From assembly GCA_019058365.1 (NCBI GenBank), contig JAHPZE010000001.1, forward strand, positions 320,001 through 384,000: a stretch of DNA of 64,000 nucleotides. The letters are read 5' to 3'. Made by a program: the position numbers and the translations under genes. The DNA comes from Promethearchaeota archaeon (GTDB lineage Archaea > Asgardarchaeota > Lokiarchaeia > Sigyniarchaeales > SOKP01). Shown piece by piece: positions 51,627 to 60,506 of the stretch (positions within the stretch are counted from its first letter, which is position 1; each line of letters starts with the position of its first letter). The notes under the pieces were generated by a model, which saw only the letters and a list, made by a program, of their open reading frames with translations, made no database searches and was not told where the DNA came from.

Positions 51627-52499
51627 TTATTTTTCCAATATTTCTCGAATCTTTTTAACCGTTTCTTTAAAAGCCTTTGTCGATATACTATCAGGATATT
51701 TTAATATAAAAGGCATTCCTTGATCTCCCTGCTGACTTACCTCAATTTCGAAAGGAATTTTACCTAATAGTCGAACATTAAAATCTTTCGCCGCTTTTTC
51801 TACTCCTCCTGGAGGATAGAGATCAATATATTCTCCACAATGGGGACAATTAAAACCAGACATGTTTTCAATAATACCAAGTATTTGTCGTTCCATTATC
51901 TGAGCCATCCTTATTGTTTTTCTAGCATCCATTAAAGCAACTTCCTGCGGGGTTGAAACTACTACAACATTCTCATCGGGAATGAGTTGAAGGATATCTA
52001 GCGTTTCATCGCTGGTGCCGGGTGGTAGATCGCAGATCAAATAGTCTAATTCTCCCCAAATTGCTTCGCCTAAAAATTGCCTCACAGCACTCATCTTCAT
52101 TGGACCTCTCCAAATAACTGGTGAGTCTGAACTTTCAATGAGAAATGCCATACTCATTGCTTTAAGATTTAATGGCCCATTTACAGGATAAAATCTTTTT
52201 TTATCAGGATCAACCCTTGGTTTAAGATTTGGATCTACACCCAACATTTTTAATACATTTGGCCCTGTTATATCTACATCTAAGATTCCAACTCTCAGTC
52301 CAACGCTTACTAAACTCATAGCGAGGTTTACAGCTACTGTTGTTTTGCCCACTCCACCTTTACCAGATATAACAACTATTTTATGTTTAATTTTTTCCAT
52401 GTTTTTTTTTATATTTTCTTCTAATTCATCCATCTTTTCTTTCTTTCCTTGCTCGACTGTTTTCTTCAAATCGATATCTGGAATATCTCTTTCTTGAAT
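51627..52499 (-). CDS. mrp: Mrp/ApbC Fe-S carrier ATPase (close paralog of 1957-2808)
   Basis: Same motifs; SD GAGGTG and paralog N-terminus favour ATT at 52499 (track uses TTG at 52526). Confidence 0.9.
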   Translation of the reverse strand: MQERDIPDIDLKKTVEQGKKEKMDELEENIKKNMEKIKHKIVVISGKGGVGKTTVAVNLAMSLVSVGLRVGILDVDITGPNVLKMLGVDPNLKPRVDPDKKRFYPVNGPLNLKAMSMAFLIESSDSPVIWRGPMKMSAVRQFLGEAIWGELDYLICDLPPGTSDETLDILQLIPDENVVVVSTPQEVALMDARKTIRMAQIMERQILGIIENMSGFNCPHCGEYIDLYPPGGVEKAAKDFNVRLLGKIPFEIEVSQQGDQGMPFILKYPDSISTKAFKETVKKIREILEK

Positions 52500-52639
52500 A
52501 TTCTTGCACCTCTTATTTGTAATCAAATTTAATGGTTAAATTTATATATTTTCAAATTTTGTTAATAATTGATAATGAATAATTATTCATTAAATTAAAA
52601 ACTTATGAATTGAAAATTTAAAAAAAAGGTTAGAAAAAA

Positions 52640-53083
52640 ATGAGTATTATTGCAATTCCTTCATTGGGTAATGGAGGCTTAAATGATCAGATGAGCCCTC
52701 GTTTTGGGAGATGTGCTAGTTTTACATTTGTTGAAGTTGAAAATAACGAGATTAAAGCTGTAAAAACGGTTCCAAATCCCGCAGCAAATGCTATGGGGGG
52801 AGCTGGTGTGCAAGCAACTCAGATTATTGGTAATAATGGTGCTAATGCTATAATAGTAGGATTCCTAGGCCCTAATGCTTCTAGTGGACTTAATGCTTTA
52901 AATATACAAATTTTTCAAGCTCCAAATCAAACAATTACAATAAAAGAAGTCTTGAATCTCTATTTAGAAGGAAAATTACAACCAATTACTACCTCAAATG
53001 TCGCATCACACTATGGAATGGGAGGTGGTGGACGGGGTATGGGCGGCGGTGGCAGAGGCATGGGAAGAGGAAATCTACCCTAG
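52640..53083 (+). CDS. NifB/NifX-family protein with GGGR tail
   Basis: IAIPS, RFGRC, NP...GGAG and GPNA. Confidence 0.88.
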   Translation: MSIIAIPSLGNGGLNDQMSPRFGRCASFTFVEVENNEIKAVKTVPNPAANAMGGAGVQATQIIGNNGANAIIVGFLGPNASSGLNALNIQIFQAPNQTITIKEVLNLYLEGKLQPITTSNVASHYGMGGGGRGMGGGGRGMGRGNLP

Positions 53084-53122
53084 AAAAGCTAGCGATTAAT
53101 TAGAAAATAAAAGATATCTCTA

Positions 53123-54046
53123 ATGAATAGCAAGAAATCCAAAATAATATGTATTACCGGAGGAAAAGGAGGAACAGGTAAAACATTATGTGCTGTAAAT
53201 ATTGCTATAATGTTCAAAAACGAAGGAAAAAAAGTTCTTCTTATAGATGGTGATGTAGAAAATCCTAATACATATTTATTATTAAATGGAAAACTTGAAA
53301 ATAAAAAAGATGTTCCTTTTTTCAAACCTAAAATTAATGAAGATAAATGCTCCAAATGCGGATTATGTGCTAAAAATTGCTTAGCAAATGCGCTTTTACA
53401 TATTAAAGATGCTTTTCCAATTCCAATCTTGACTGTTTGTTCTGGATGTCAGTTATGTTATAAGATCTGTCCTGAAAATGCAATTGAAGCAGATTCAAAA
53501 ACAATAGGGTTTATTTATTCAACAAAAATAAATGGACTCTCACTTTTTCTAGGTGAATTAATGCCTTCAGAAGCTAGATCAGCTGCAATTGTAGAAGCAC
53601 TTCTTGAAAAATTCGAAGAGATTCTTGAAGCTGAACCTGAAAAATTTGATATTATCATTTTAGATACTGCTCCTGGTGCGCATTGTGATGTGGAACTTTT
53701 AATAGCTAATGCAGATATTGTAATTCCCATAACAGAGCCAACTAAGTTCGGTAAATTAGATTTAATTAGGATAATGGAATTGATTATGTTATTAGGCAAA
53801 GAATCTCGAGTGATAGTAAACAGATCTTCATTATTAGGATTTAGAGACCAATTTTTAAAAGAATTAGAAGAAGAAAACATAAAAATTTTAGGTGATATTC
53901 CCTTGGATTCGGATATAGTAGAATCTTACTGCCAAGGAACACCGATTATGGATAGCAACAGTGTGTTCGATAGAGAGGGTGCTGGTTATAGAGCTTTTAA
54001 TAAGATTTATGAAAATTTAAAAAAATGGTTAGGAATAATTAAATGA
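53123..54046 (+). CDS. MinD-like P-loop ATPase with inserted 2[4Fe-4S] ferredoxin
   Basis: GGKGGTGKT, DGDVENPN, CSKCGLC, CSGCQLC, DTAPG..C and EPT.FG. Confidence 0.88.
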   Translation: MNSKKSKIICITGGKGGTGKTLCAVNIAIMFKNEGKKVLLIDGDVENPNTYLLLNGKLENKKDVPFFKPKINEDKCSKCGLCAKNCLANALLHIKDAFPIPILTVCSGCQLCYKICPENAIEADSKTIGFIYSTKINGLSLFLGELMPSEARSAAIVEALLEKFEEILEAEPEKFDIIILDTAPGAHCDVELLIANADIVIPITEPTKFGKLDLIRIMELIMLLGKESRVIVNRSSLLGFRDQFLKELEEENIKILGDIPLDSDIVESYCQGTPIMDSNSVFDREGAGYRAFNKIYENLKKWLGIIK

Positions 54047-54056
54047 CCTATAAAAG

Positions 54057-54998
54057 TTGAATGAGTTTATGGACAGAAAAATAGTAGGCATTGTTTCAGG
54101 GAAAGGAGGTGTAGGTAAAACATCAATAACAGCTTCATTAGCAAGTCTTGCAGAAAAAGATCTAGAAATCCAAGTAATTGTAATGGATTGTGATGTTGAT
54201 GCTCCGAATTTAGCTATTATTCTTCCTCCTGAGGATGAATCCACAATAAAAAAAGAAGATACTTTTACTACGAGGAAAGCAGAATTTATAGAAAACCAAT
54301 GTACTAATTGCAAACAATGCATTGATGACCATTTTTGCGAATTTAATGCTTTAAAATGGGATAACCAAAATTCAATTCCTATAATAGATGTTTTAAAATG
54401 TGAAGGGTGTGGAGCTTGTAAAGTTTTATGTCCAGAACATGCTTTTGAAATACATCCGGTAAAAAGTGGAGAAATAATTTCATATAATAGTAAGATGGGT
54501 GTTCCTTTAATTTATGGTAAAACTCAATTAGGGAGCACCACATCTGGAAAATTAGTATCAGATGTGAAGGAATTTTTAAGTAATTCTGAAAATTTTAACA
54601 ATAGCAACTTAATATTAATTGATGGACCCCCTGGAATTGGTTGTCCAGTAATTGCGACTATTTCAAACTTAGATTATGTTATTACAATCTCTGAACCTAC
54701 ACCTTCGGGTTTGCATGATTTATTGCGAGTAATAGAAGTTATTCAACATTTTGCAATTCCATTTGGGTTAGTCATAAATAAATCAGATTTAAAAAGCACT
54801 TTTCAAGAAGATTTTAAAAAATATATTAATGAAACAGGATATACAAAATTAGGAAAAATACCATTTGATTTATCGATCCCAGAAGCAATGTCTTTTGCCC
54901 AACCAGTTGTAGATTTTGCCCCAGATTCTAAAGCAAGTTTATCTATTAATAATATTTATAAAAATTTAAAAGAAGTTTTATGGAATAATATTCAATAA
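54057..54998 (+). CDS. MinD-like P-loop ATPase with inserted ferredoxin (second of pair)
   Basis: SGKGGVGKT, DCDVDAPN, CEGCGAC, SGKLV, DGPPGIGCPV and EPTPSGLHDL. Confidence 0.88.
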   Translation: MNEFMDRKIVGIVSGKGGVGKTSITASLASLAEKDLEIQVIVMDCDVDAPNLAIILPPEDESTIKKEDTFTTRKAEFIENQCTNCKQCIDDHFCEFNALKWDNQNSIPIIDVLKCEGCGACKVLCPEHAFEIHPVKSGEIISYNSKMGVPLIYGKTQLGSTTSGKLVSDVKEFLSNSENFNNSNLILIDGPPGIGCPVIATISNLDYVITISEPTPSGLHDLLRVIEVIQHFAIPFGLVINKSDLKSTFQEDFKKYINETGYTKLGKIPFDLSIPEAMSFAQPVVDFAPDSKASLSINNIYKNLKEVLWNNIQ

Positions 54999-55041
54999 AA
55001 CTAAATGCCTTATATTAAACTATTTCACATAAAATAAGAAT

Positions 55042-55461
55042 TTAAATATATTCTCTAACAAAGAAATAGACATTTTTAGAATTGCATTCTACGCAATTAA
55101 CTTTTCCATCCTTTGATGCAGTGGGATCTTCCCATTCATGATTACAATCTAAACATCCATATCCTTTAAAGCTTAATTTATAATCAAAATTCCCACCATA
55201 GACTTTAATTTCTTTCCCCTCAAGCAAGGCTAAAGTATTTTTCTGATGGGCACTTTCAAGAATTCTTGAAAAAGTAGGTTGACTTATTCCCATTCTTTCA
55301 GCAGCTGCTTTCTGATTCAAGCCTAAATAATGTTTTAATCTCATAGCTTCAAATTCAGCAACAGTTATTATAATTGAATCTTTTATTTTATTAGAAACCC
55401 CAGTGAAATAGGAATTATTAGGTGGCTGATTAACCCATCGTCGATGTCTGTTTCTTCCTAT
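55042..55461 (-). CDS. DUF134-family HTH regulator with C-terminal Zn ribbon (probable ATA start at 55461)
   Basis: Extended N-terminus IGRNRHRRWVNQPP..EFEAMRL, Q..AA..MGISQPTFSRIL, C..C..C..C. Confidence 0.85.
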   Translation of the reverse strand: MGRNRHRRWVNQPPNNSYFTGVSNKIKDSIIITVAEFEAMRLKHYLGLNQKAAAERMGISQPTFSRILESAHQKNTLALLEGKEIKVYGGNFDYKLSFKGYGCLDCNHEWEDPTASKDGKVNCVECNSKNVYFFVREYI

Positions 55462-55735
55462 ATCGAATCACCAAAAAAATAATTTTAACTATATTTCCAA
55501 TTGATATACTATATAAAAGTATTAATTTAGATTTTTATTATTAATTATTCAAAATTATTAGAAAAATGATTATTAAGAAATTTCTTAGTTCTTTATATCT
55601 TTATACTTAATTAATATACCTCGATTTTTATGTAAAACTAAAGAAAACACATAATATATATTATGAATAATTATTCATTAAATTTAAATTTTATAATTTC
55701 CTATAATATAATATAAAATAAAATTAATTAATAAG

Positions 55736-56155
55736 TTGAAAAGAATGAAAATAGCTATTAGTACAGAATCAGGAAATGTATGCGCTCACTTTGGCCGAGC
55801 GCCAGAGTTTACTTTTGTTACAATCGAAGATAATAAAATAATAAAAAAAGAAATACTTCAAAACCCAGGACATTCCGTAGGCAGTATACCTCAATTTGTA
55901 AATCAACAAGGAGCTAAATATATGATTGCGGGAGGTATGGGGCGCAGAGCTGAAGATTTTTTTAATCAATATGGAATTGAAGTAATTGTAGGAATTACTG
56001 GTAAAGTTGATGATGTTATCAAAAAGATCTTAGACGGAACTTTAAAAGGAGGAGAAAGTCTTTGCTCTCCAGGAGGGGGTAAAGGATTCGGTGTCGAAAA
56101 AATTCATACTGAAGCTGATGATAATCATGAGCACCATCATTTACATGACTTATAG
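55736..56155 (+). CDS. NifB/NifX-family protein with His-rich tail
   Basis: KIAIST..HFGRA..NPGH..GGMG; C-terminal HEHHHLH. Confidence 0.88.
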   Translation: MKRMKIAISTESGNVCAHFGRAPEFTFVTIEDNKIIKKEILQNPGHSVGSIPQFVNQQGAKYMIAGGMGRRAEDFFNQYGIEVIVGITGKVDDVIKKILDGTLKGGESLCSPGGGKGFGVEKIHTEADDNHEHHHLHDL

Positions 56156-56245
56156 TTTTTAAAGAGCTTAAAGTTTAATTGAAAAGGAATTTTTTAATCC
56201 AGATTCTTCTTATATTGCGATATTAACATGTTATTGAAAACTAGG

Positions 56246-56455
56246 TTAGTAATAAAGATCTTCTTTAATTTCACCATTAGGTAACATATTATCAGGATGA
56301 TTTTTTCCGCGCTCTTCCAATGCATATCTAATACAATTTTTATTTCCAATTAAACAATAATTTTCAACCCATTTGGGATCAAGTTTACCCTGATCAACAA
56401 AATATTTAATTGGGCAAACGGGATACCATTTACAGGTTTTGCTTTTGGTTTTCAA
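56246..56455 (-). CDS. Small Cys-rich conserved hypothetical protein
   Basis: CKWYPVCP...YC....CIRY...HPDNMLPNG. Confidence 0.7.
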   Translation of the reverse strand: MKTKSKTCKWYPVCPIKYFVDQGKLDPKWVENYCLIGNKNCIRYALEERGKNHPDNMLPNGEIKEDLYY

Positions 56456-56554
56456 TTTTAGATACAGTCTCAGATAAATTTAATTATAAATAGAACATCA
56501 GGAAATAAAATATAAAGTAAAAAATTAAATAAATCTTTTTTGTTGAGAGAAACA

Positions 56555-56992
56555 TCAACCATCATTATAATCGATAATTTCAGGTAATATTGCATTATTA
56601 GGACAATTTTTAAAGCATTTTAAGCATTTAAAACATTGTGTTAGGTTTTTTTTATAAAATTTGATCAATTCCTTGCCTGTTTTTTCATCTTTTTCAAGTT
56701 CAAAGAGGGATTGAAAACAAAAATCCTCATCTAAGCAAATTCTACACAATGTACAGCTTTCTTGATCAATGGAAAAACCTCTCAATTTTCCTTCCTTAAT
56801 CGAGATAACTTCAATGGCACCATGCTCACAAACATCCACGCATTTTAAACATCCTTGACATTTATCATAATTCACATATCGAAGTGAATTTCTAAAAAAG
56901 ATTGCTTTTTTTGGACAACTGTACATACATCGTTGACATAATACGCATAAATTTGGATTTATATATATTGGAAATAGTTTCTCTTTTTCCAT
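56555..56992 (-). CDS. Polyferredoxin (four CxxCxxC-type motifs)
   Basis: CVLCQRC..CP, CQGCLKC..C, CTLCRIC and CFKCLKC..CP. Confidence 0.85.
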   Translation of the reverse strand: MEKEKLFPIYINPNLCVLCQRCMYSCPKKAIFFRNSLRYVNYDKCQGCLKCVDVCEHGAIEVISIKEGKLRGFSIDQESCTLCRICLDEDFCFQSLFELEKDEKTGKELIKFYKKNLTQCFKCLKCFKNCPNNAILPEIIDYNDG

Positions 56993-57061
56993 GATAATTT
57001 ATGCTAAATTTTATGTATTAAAGTAAGGAATTCTAAATAAAAAAAAAAAGGAGAAAAATAT

Positions 57062-57571
57062 TTATTTTCTAATCTGAACCTTTGGTGTAATTTTGGAAGC
57101 TCCACCAAAATTTGTAATTACAGGACAATGGGTAAAAACTTTATCCATTAATTCATTGATTTTCTCTTCGGACGCATCTGCTTTAATTCTAATAACGGGT
57201 TCAAGCTTATCATAGCCTGCTATTTTTGAATCGTCAATTCCAAAAAGTGCTCCTAAATTAATATGTCCCCGAGAGAAAACCTTTAATTCTTCGATGTTAA
57301 TATCCATTATTTTAGCCCAGAATTTAGTCACAGCAATGATACAAGCACCAATAGAAGATAAAATCACTAATAATGGTGATGGTCCTTTATTTGTACCATC
57401 TAATCCTCCAGGAGCATCTATTAATAATTCAAAAGGATCCCCACCTGGATTACCCATTATACATTTGACTTGCATACCATCTGATAGCATCTCGCATTCA
57501 ATGTTAAAGTTCTTTTCCCCAGCATTCCAATCTGCCTTAATGGCATTATAAGTTTCTTTAAAACTTGGCAT
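57062..57571 (-). CDS. OsmC/Ohr-family protein
   Basis: DAP..L.G...GPSP...GAC and HCPV. Confidence 0.85.
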   Translation of the reverse strand: MPSFKETYNAIKADWNAGEKNFNIECEMLSDGMQVKCIMGNPGGDPFELLIDAPGGLDGTNKGPSPLLVILSSIGACIIAVTKFWAKIMDINIEELKVFSRGHINLGALFGIDDSKIAGYDKLEPVIRIKADASEEKINELMDKVFTHCPVITNFGGASKITPKVQIRK

Positions 57572-57615
57572 ATTTATTCAACTCATTTAAGTTAAAATTT
57601 TATTTTTATTTTCAT

Positions 57616-58005
57616 TTAATGAGTGTGAGCATGATCTGAGTTATTTCCACAACTGGCGTCATTTAATGATATTAATTGATGTTCTAATAACATTCTGACA
57701 TTTTTTTCAATGCTTCCATTGATACCTTGAAATAAATTTATGTTAACTTGTTGAAAACCCATAAATGGGCGCATCCCAATACCGGTTAGAATCATATCAG
57801 TAACATTTCTTTGTTTCATATTAATAACAGGTTCCATACAACCAGAATGACCATGATTAGGTAATTCAAAAACCTTCCTGAACTTACCATCATCATAAAT
57901 TTCAATTCCAAGGAAATAATTACAATGTCCAAAATGAGGTGATATATTATCAGAGATTTCAGGACCATCAGAGGGAATTCCAATAATTCTATTCATATCT
58001 CTCAC
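57616..58005 (-). CDS. NifB/NifX-family protein
   Basis: HFGHC, GHSGC, GIGMRP; His-rich end. Confidence 0.85.
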   Translation of the reverse strand: MRDMNRIIGIPSDGPEISDNISPHFGHCNYFLGIEIYDDGKFRKVFELPNHGHSGCMEPVINMKQRNVTDMILTGIGMRPFMGFQQVNINLFQGINGSIEKNVRMLLEHQLISLNDASCGNNSDHAHTH

Positions 58006-58237
58006 ACTTATTCTTCTTTTTTTTTTTTGAAAATATGTAAGAAGAATTATAATTTTTGAATAATTATTCCTATGACTTAAATTTAATGTTTTGAAATTAA
58101 TAAGAATGAAATGTGTAATAATTATTAATCTTTTGAATAAGTATTCATAAATCTTAAATTACTATACAAATATCTATTAATTAGTCCTTATATATTGAAT
58201 ATTCATTCAAAAATTAAATTCAAAAGTTGTTAACAAA

Positions 58238-58429
58238 TTGAAGAGTTATAAAGAGATAATAAAAAGCGATACTTTTAAAGTAGAAGATGAATATATTGTT
58301 GATACTAAAATATTTAAAATGTGTTGGGGTTGCGAAATAAAACATAAGTCGGGTCATATGGTTTGGGACACAAGTAAAATGCGAAGAATTTTCTTTTGCG
58401 ATGATTGCTTCGCGAAGTTAAAGAAATAA
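58238..58429 (+). CDS. Small Zn-finger-like protein
   Basis: CWGC...FCDDC; preceded by operator palindromes. Confidence 0.55.
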   Translation: MKSYKEIIKSDTFKVEDEYIVDTKIFKMCWGCEIKHKSGHMVWDTSKMRRIFFCDDCFAKLKK

Positions 58430-58508
58430 GCTTCATTTTCTTATTCTATATTTTTTTAAAACTTAATTAAAGGTAAAATTATGTTTTATACATTAGATAA
58501 GATATAAT

Positions 58509-59300
58509 TTATAAAACAAATATTTGTAAAATTAAATATATTCCAATTCCAAACGCATAAGCGGGTATCAAATATTTCCAAAATTTATTTGGCAGAACTC
58601 TTACTAAATAAGGAGCTATAAGAGCTGCAAAAAAACCTCCAGTAAACAATGATGGAAGAAGAACAAGATCTACCATAACACCAGCAAAACTTATCAGAAA
58701 AAATGTGAATATACCCATAATCGAGACAATAGATTCTGCAAAAGACACAATAGCAGTTGCGCTTTTTTCATAAACTCCAGAAAAAATTTGACCCATAGTT
58801 ATGACTGGACCATAACCTCCTCCTCCAATCCCTTTATTGAAACCTGCTAATGCTGAAAAACCTATTAACATTTTTGGTCGCTTTTTAGAAAATTCAATGT
58901 TGTTTAATTTTATTTTGATAAATCCTGAAATCCCCATAAAAAGGATTAAAATCGCTACATAGGTTTTTATTACGATATCAGGGAATTTTATTGCAAAATA
59001 GCCAAGACATACAGATGCGAAAATTGCTAAACATCCAAAAAATGCCATTATTAAAGCCATTTTAGTAGCATCATTTAATGGACGAAAAGAATAACGAACA
59101 TTTTTAAATTCATGATCAAAAAATGTGTCAATTGCTCCAGTAATAGCCTCTGAAATTAAAATAGTTGGAACGACTTGAAGAGGAGTATAACCCATTAAGA
59201 ATAATAACGGCGATAATGCGGTGCCAAAACCCATTCCAGCCATGGAATCCATAGATTCAAATAAAAATGCAAATAAAATTATAATTAAGATTAATTCCAT
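58509..59300 (-). CDS. TauE/SafE sulfite exporter family protein
   Basis: GMGFGT..SP and GIGGGGYGP; about 8 TM. Confidence 0.88.
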   Translation of the reverse strand: MELILIIILFAFLFESMDSMAGMGFGTALSPLLFLMGYTPLQVVPTILISEAITGAIDTFFDHEFKNVRYSFRPLNDATKMALIMAFFGCLAIFASVCLGYFAIKFPDIVIKTYVAILILFMGISGFIKIKLNNIEFSKKRPKMLIGFSALAGFNKGIGGGGYGPVITMGQIFSGVYEKSATAIVSFAESIVSIMGIFTFFLISFAGVMVDLVLLPSLFTGGFFAALIAPYLVRVLPNKFWKYLIPAYAFGIGIYLILQIFVL

Positions 59301-59312
59301 GATTACTTAACC

Positions 59313-59468
59313 TTAAAATACAAAGTAAAATAAAACCATTGTTACAAAGTAAAAAAGTAAAGCAACACTTATTTTCATAATAGAACGTTTTTCTACTCTC
59401 ATTCTTTCTATAATTGGCTTTTCATCTAATTCACGTGCTTCTTTTCCAATTTCCCAATCCATTTCCAT
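59313..59468 (-). CDS. Small tail-anchored membrane protein (51 aa, not in the ORF track)
   Basis: MEMDWEIGKEARELDEKPIIERMRVEKRSIMKISVALLFYFVTMVLFYFVF; ends 12 nt before the tauE start. Confidence 0.55.
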   Translation of the reverse strand: MEMDWEIGKEARELDEKPIIERMRVEKRSIMKISVALLFYFVTMVLFYFVF

Positions 59469-59859
59469 AACTTTTTTCACACTTTTTTTAATTAATAATT
59501 ATTAGTTATCATTAAATATAATTAAATATAATGATATTTTTCTATTTAAAGATTATTTTTTCCAATACAAATGTTCTTAGTATGAATAATGTTCGGTTTT
59601 TCCCACTTTTTTCCGAACTATCTCCGAAATATTTAAATATTTTTCTTTATAAATATTAGATGGTAAAAGAAGAAAAAAATAATCTAATAAAAAAATTATA
59701 TATTGAAAATTATTCAATAAGAGAGAAAATTTGAGGTGGTATTTTTTAATAAAAAAATTTTTGCTGTAGTAAATAAATCATCATATTCGTTAAGAATGGT
59801 AGGAAACATGATAGAACTTCAAAAAAATTGGAATTTTAATTAAAAGGGATGAGGATGAA

Positions 59860-60048
59860 ATGACAAAAGAAATACAAGATCTTTATCGAATAAATGATAG
59901 GAATATTTTCAATTCTTATCGAGTAAAACAAAAAGAAAAAATAAATAATAATTGTATTACAAAAGAAGATTTTAAAGCCTCTATGAAGCAATGGCAACGT
60001 AAAAAGAAGATAGATAATTTGATTAGAAAGTTGGAGAATAAAATGTGA
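59860..60048 (+). CDS. Small basic hypothetical protein
   Basis: 62-aa ORF with GAGG SD. Confidence 0.45.
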   Translation: MTKEIQDLYRINDRNIFNSYRVKQKEKINNNCITKEDFKASMKQWQRKKKIDNLIRKLENKM

Positions 60049-60130
60049 ATCATAATTACTTATTAGATTATTTTATTTAAAATTTGTAAAAAATAAATTC
60101 CAAATAAAAATAAAAGGGGTGATATGAAAA

Positions 60131-60460
60131 ATGTTAATAGCACAACCTGAAGTATTTTTTGAATTACTGCCAAAAAATAAAGTTAATTTATTAAAAGTCA
60201 TAGAAATGACTGAAAATCGAAAAATAAAAACTGAAAAAGTTTTTCAGCATTTATTAAATAGCTTTTTCCCATTTGATGCTATGTGTTGGGCTCTTGCAGA
60301 ACTTAATTTGATATTTGAGAAGGGGCATAAGAAATATTCTGAAAAGGACGTTATTAAAAAAGCTGAGGAGATTTTAGATTCATCATTGGATTATAAGACT
60401 ATCTGCTGGTTCATAGCATTATTTAAAGTTTACCTTGAGGAAATTGGAGATTATCCATAA
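60131..60460 (+). CDS. Hypothetical protein with duplicated (F/Y)xxxCWxxA motif
   Basis: FDAMCWALAE and YKTICWFIA. Confidence 0.6.
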   Translation: MLIAQPEVFFELLPKNKVNLLKVIEMTENRKIKTEKVFQHLLNSFFPFDAMCWALAELNLIFEKGHKKYSEKDVIKKAEEILDSSLDYKTICWFIALFKVYLEEIGDYP

Positions 60461-60506
60461 TAATATAGTTTAATAGAATTAAAAAAAAAAAAAAATTTTT
60501 TTAAAT

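Larger units (their letters stand above)
49148..58210. promoter_or_regulatory. Dispersed operator palindrome TGAATAATTATTCA, at least 7 copies in intergenic regions
   Basis: Copies at 49148, 49208, 52575 (perfect 16-mer), 55663 (perfect 16-mer), 58056, 58133 and 58195. Confidence 0.75.

Noticed and set aside
49410-53070. G-rich short tandem repeats in the DUF5320 and nifX genes
   Set aside because: They encode Gly/Arg-rich protein tails and are not independent DNA repeats
56246-56455. Uracil-DNA glycosylase label that I recall for similar small proteins
   Set aside because: 69 aa with no UDG catalytic motifs
60115-60150. Programmed frameshift: SD-linked ATG at 60124 is out of frame with the ORF at 60131
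   Set aside because: Could be a homopolymer error or simple use of ATG 60131; there is no further evidence
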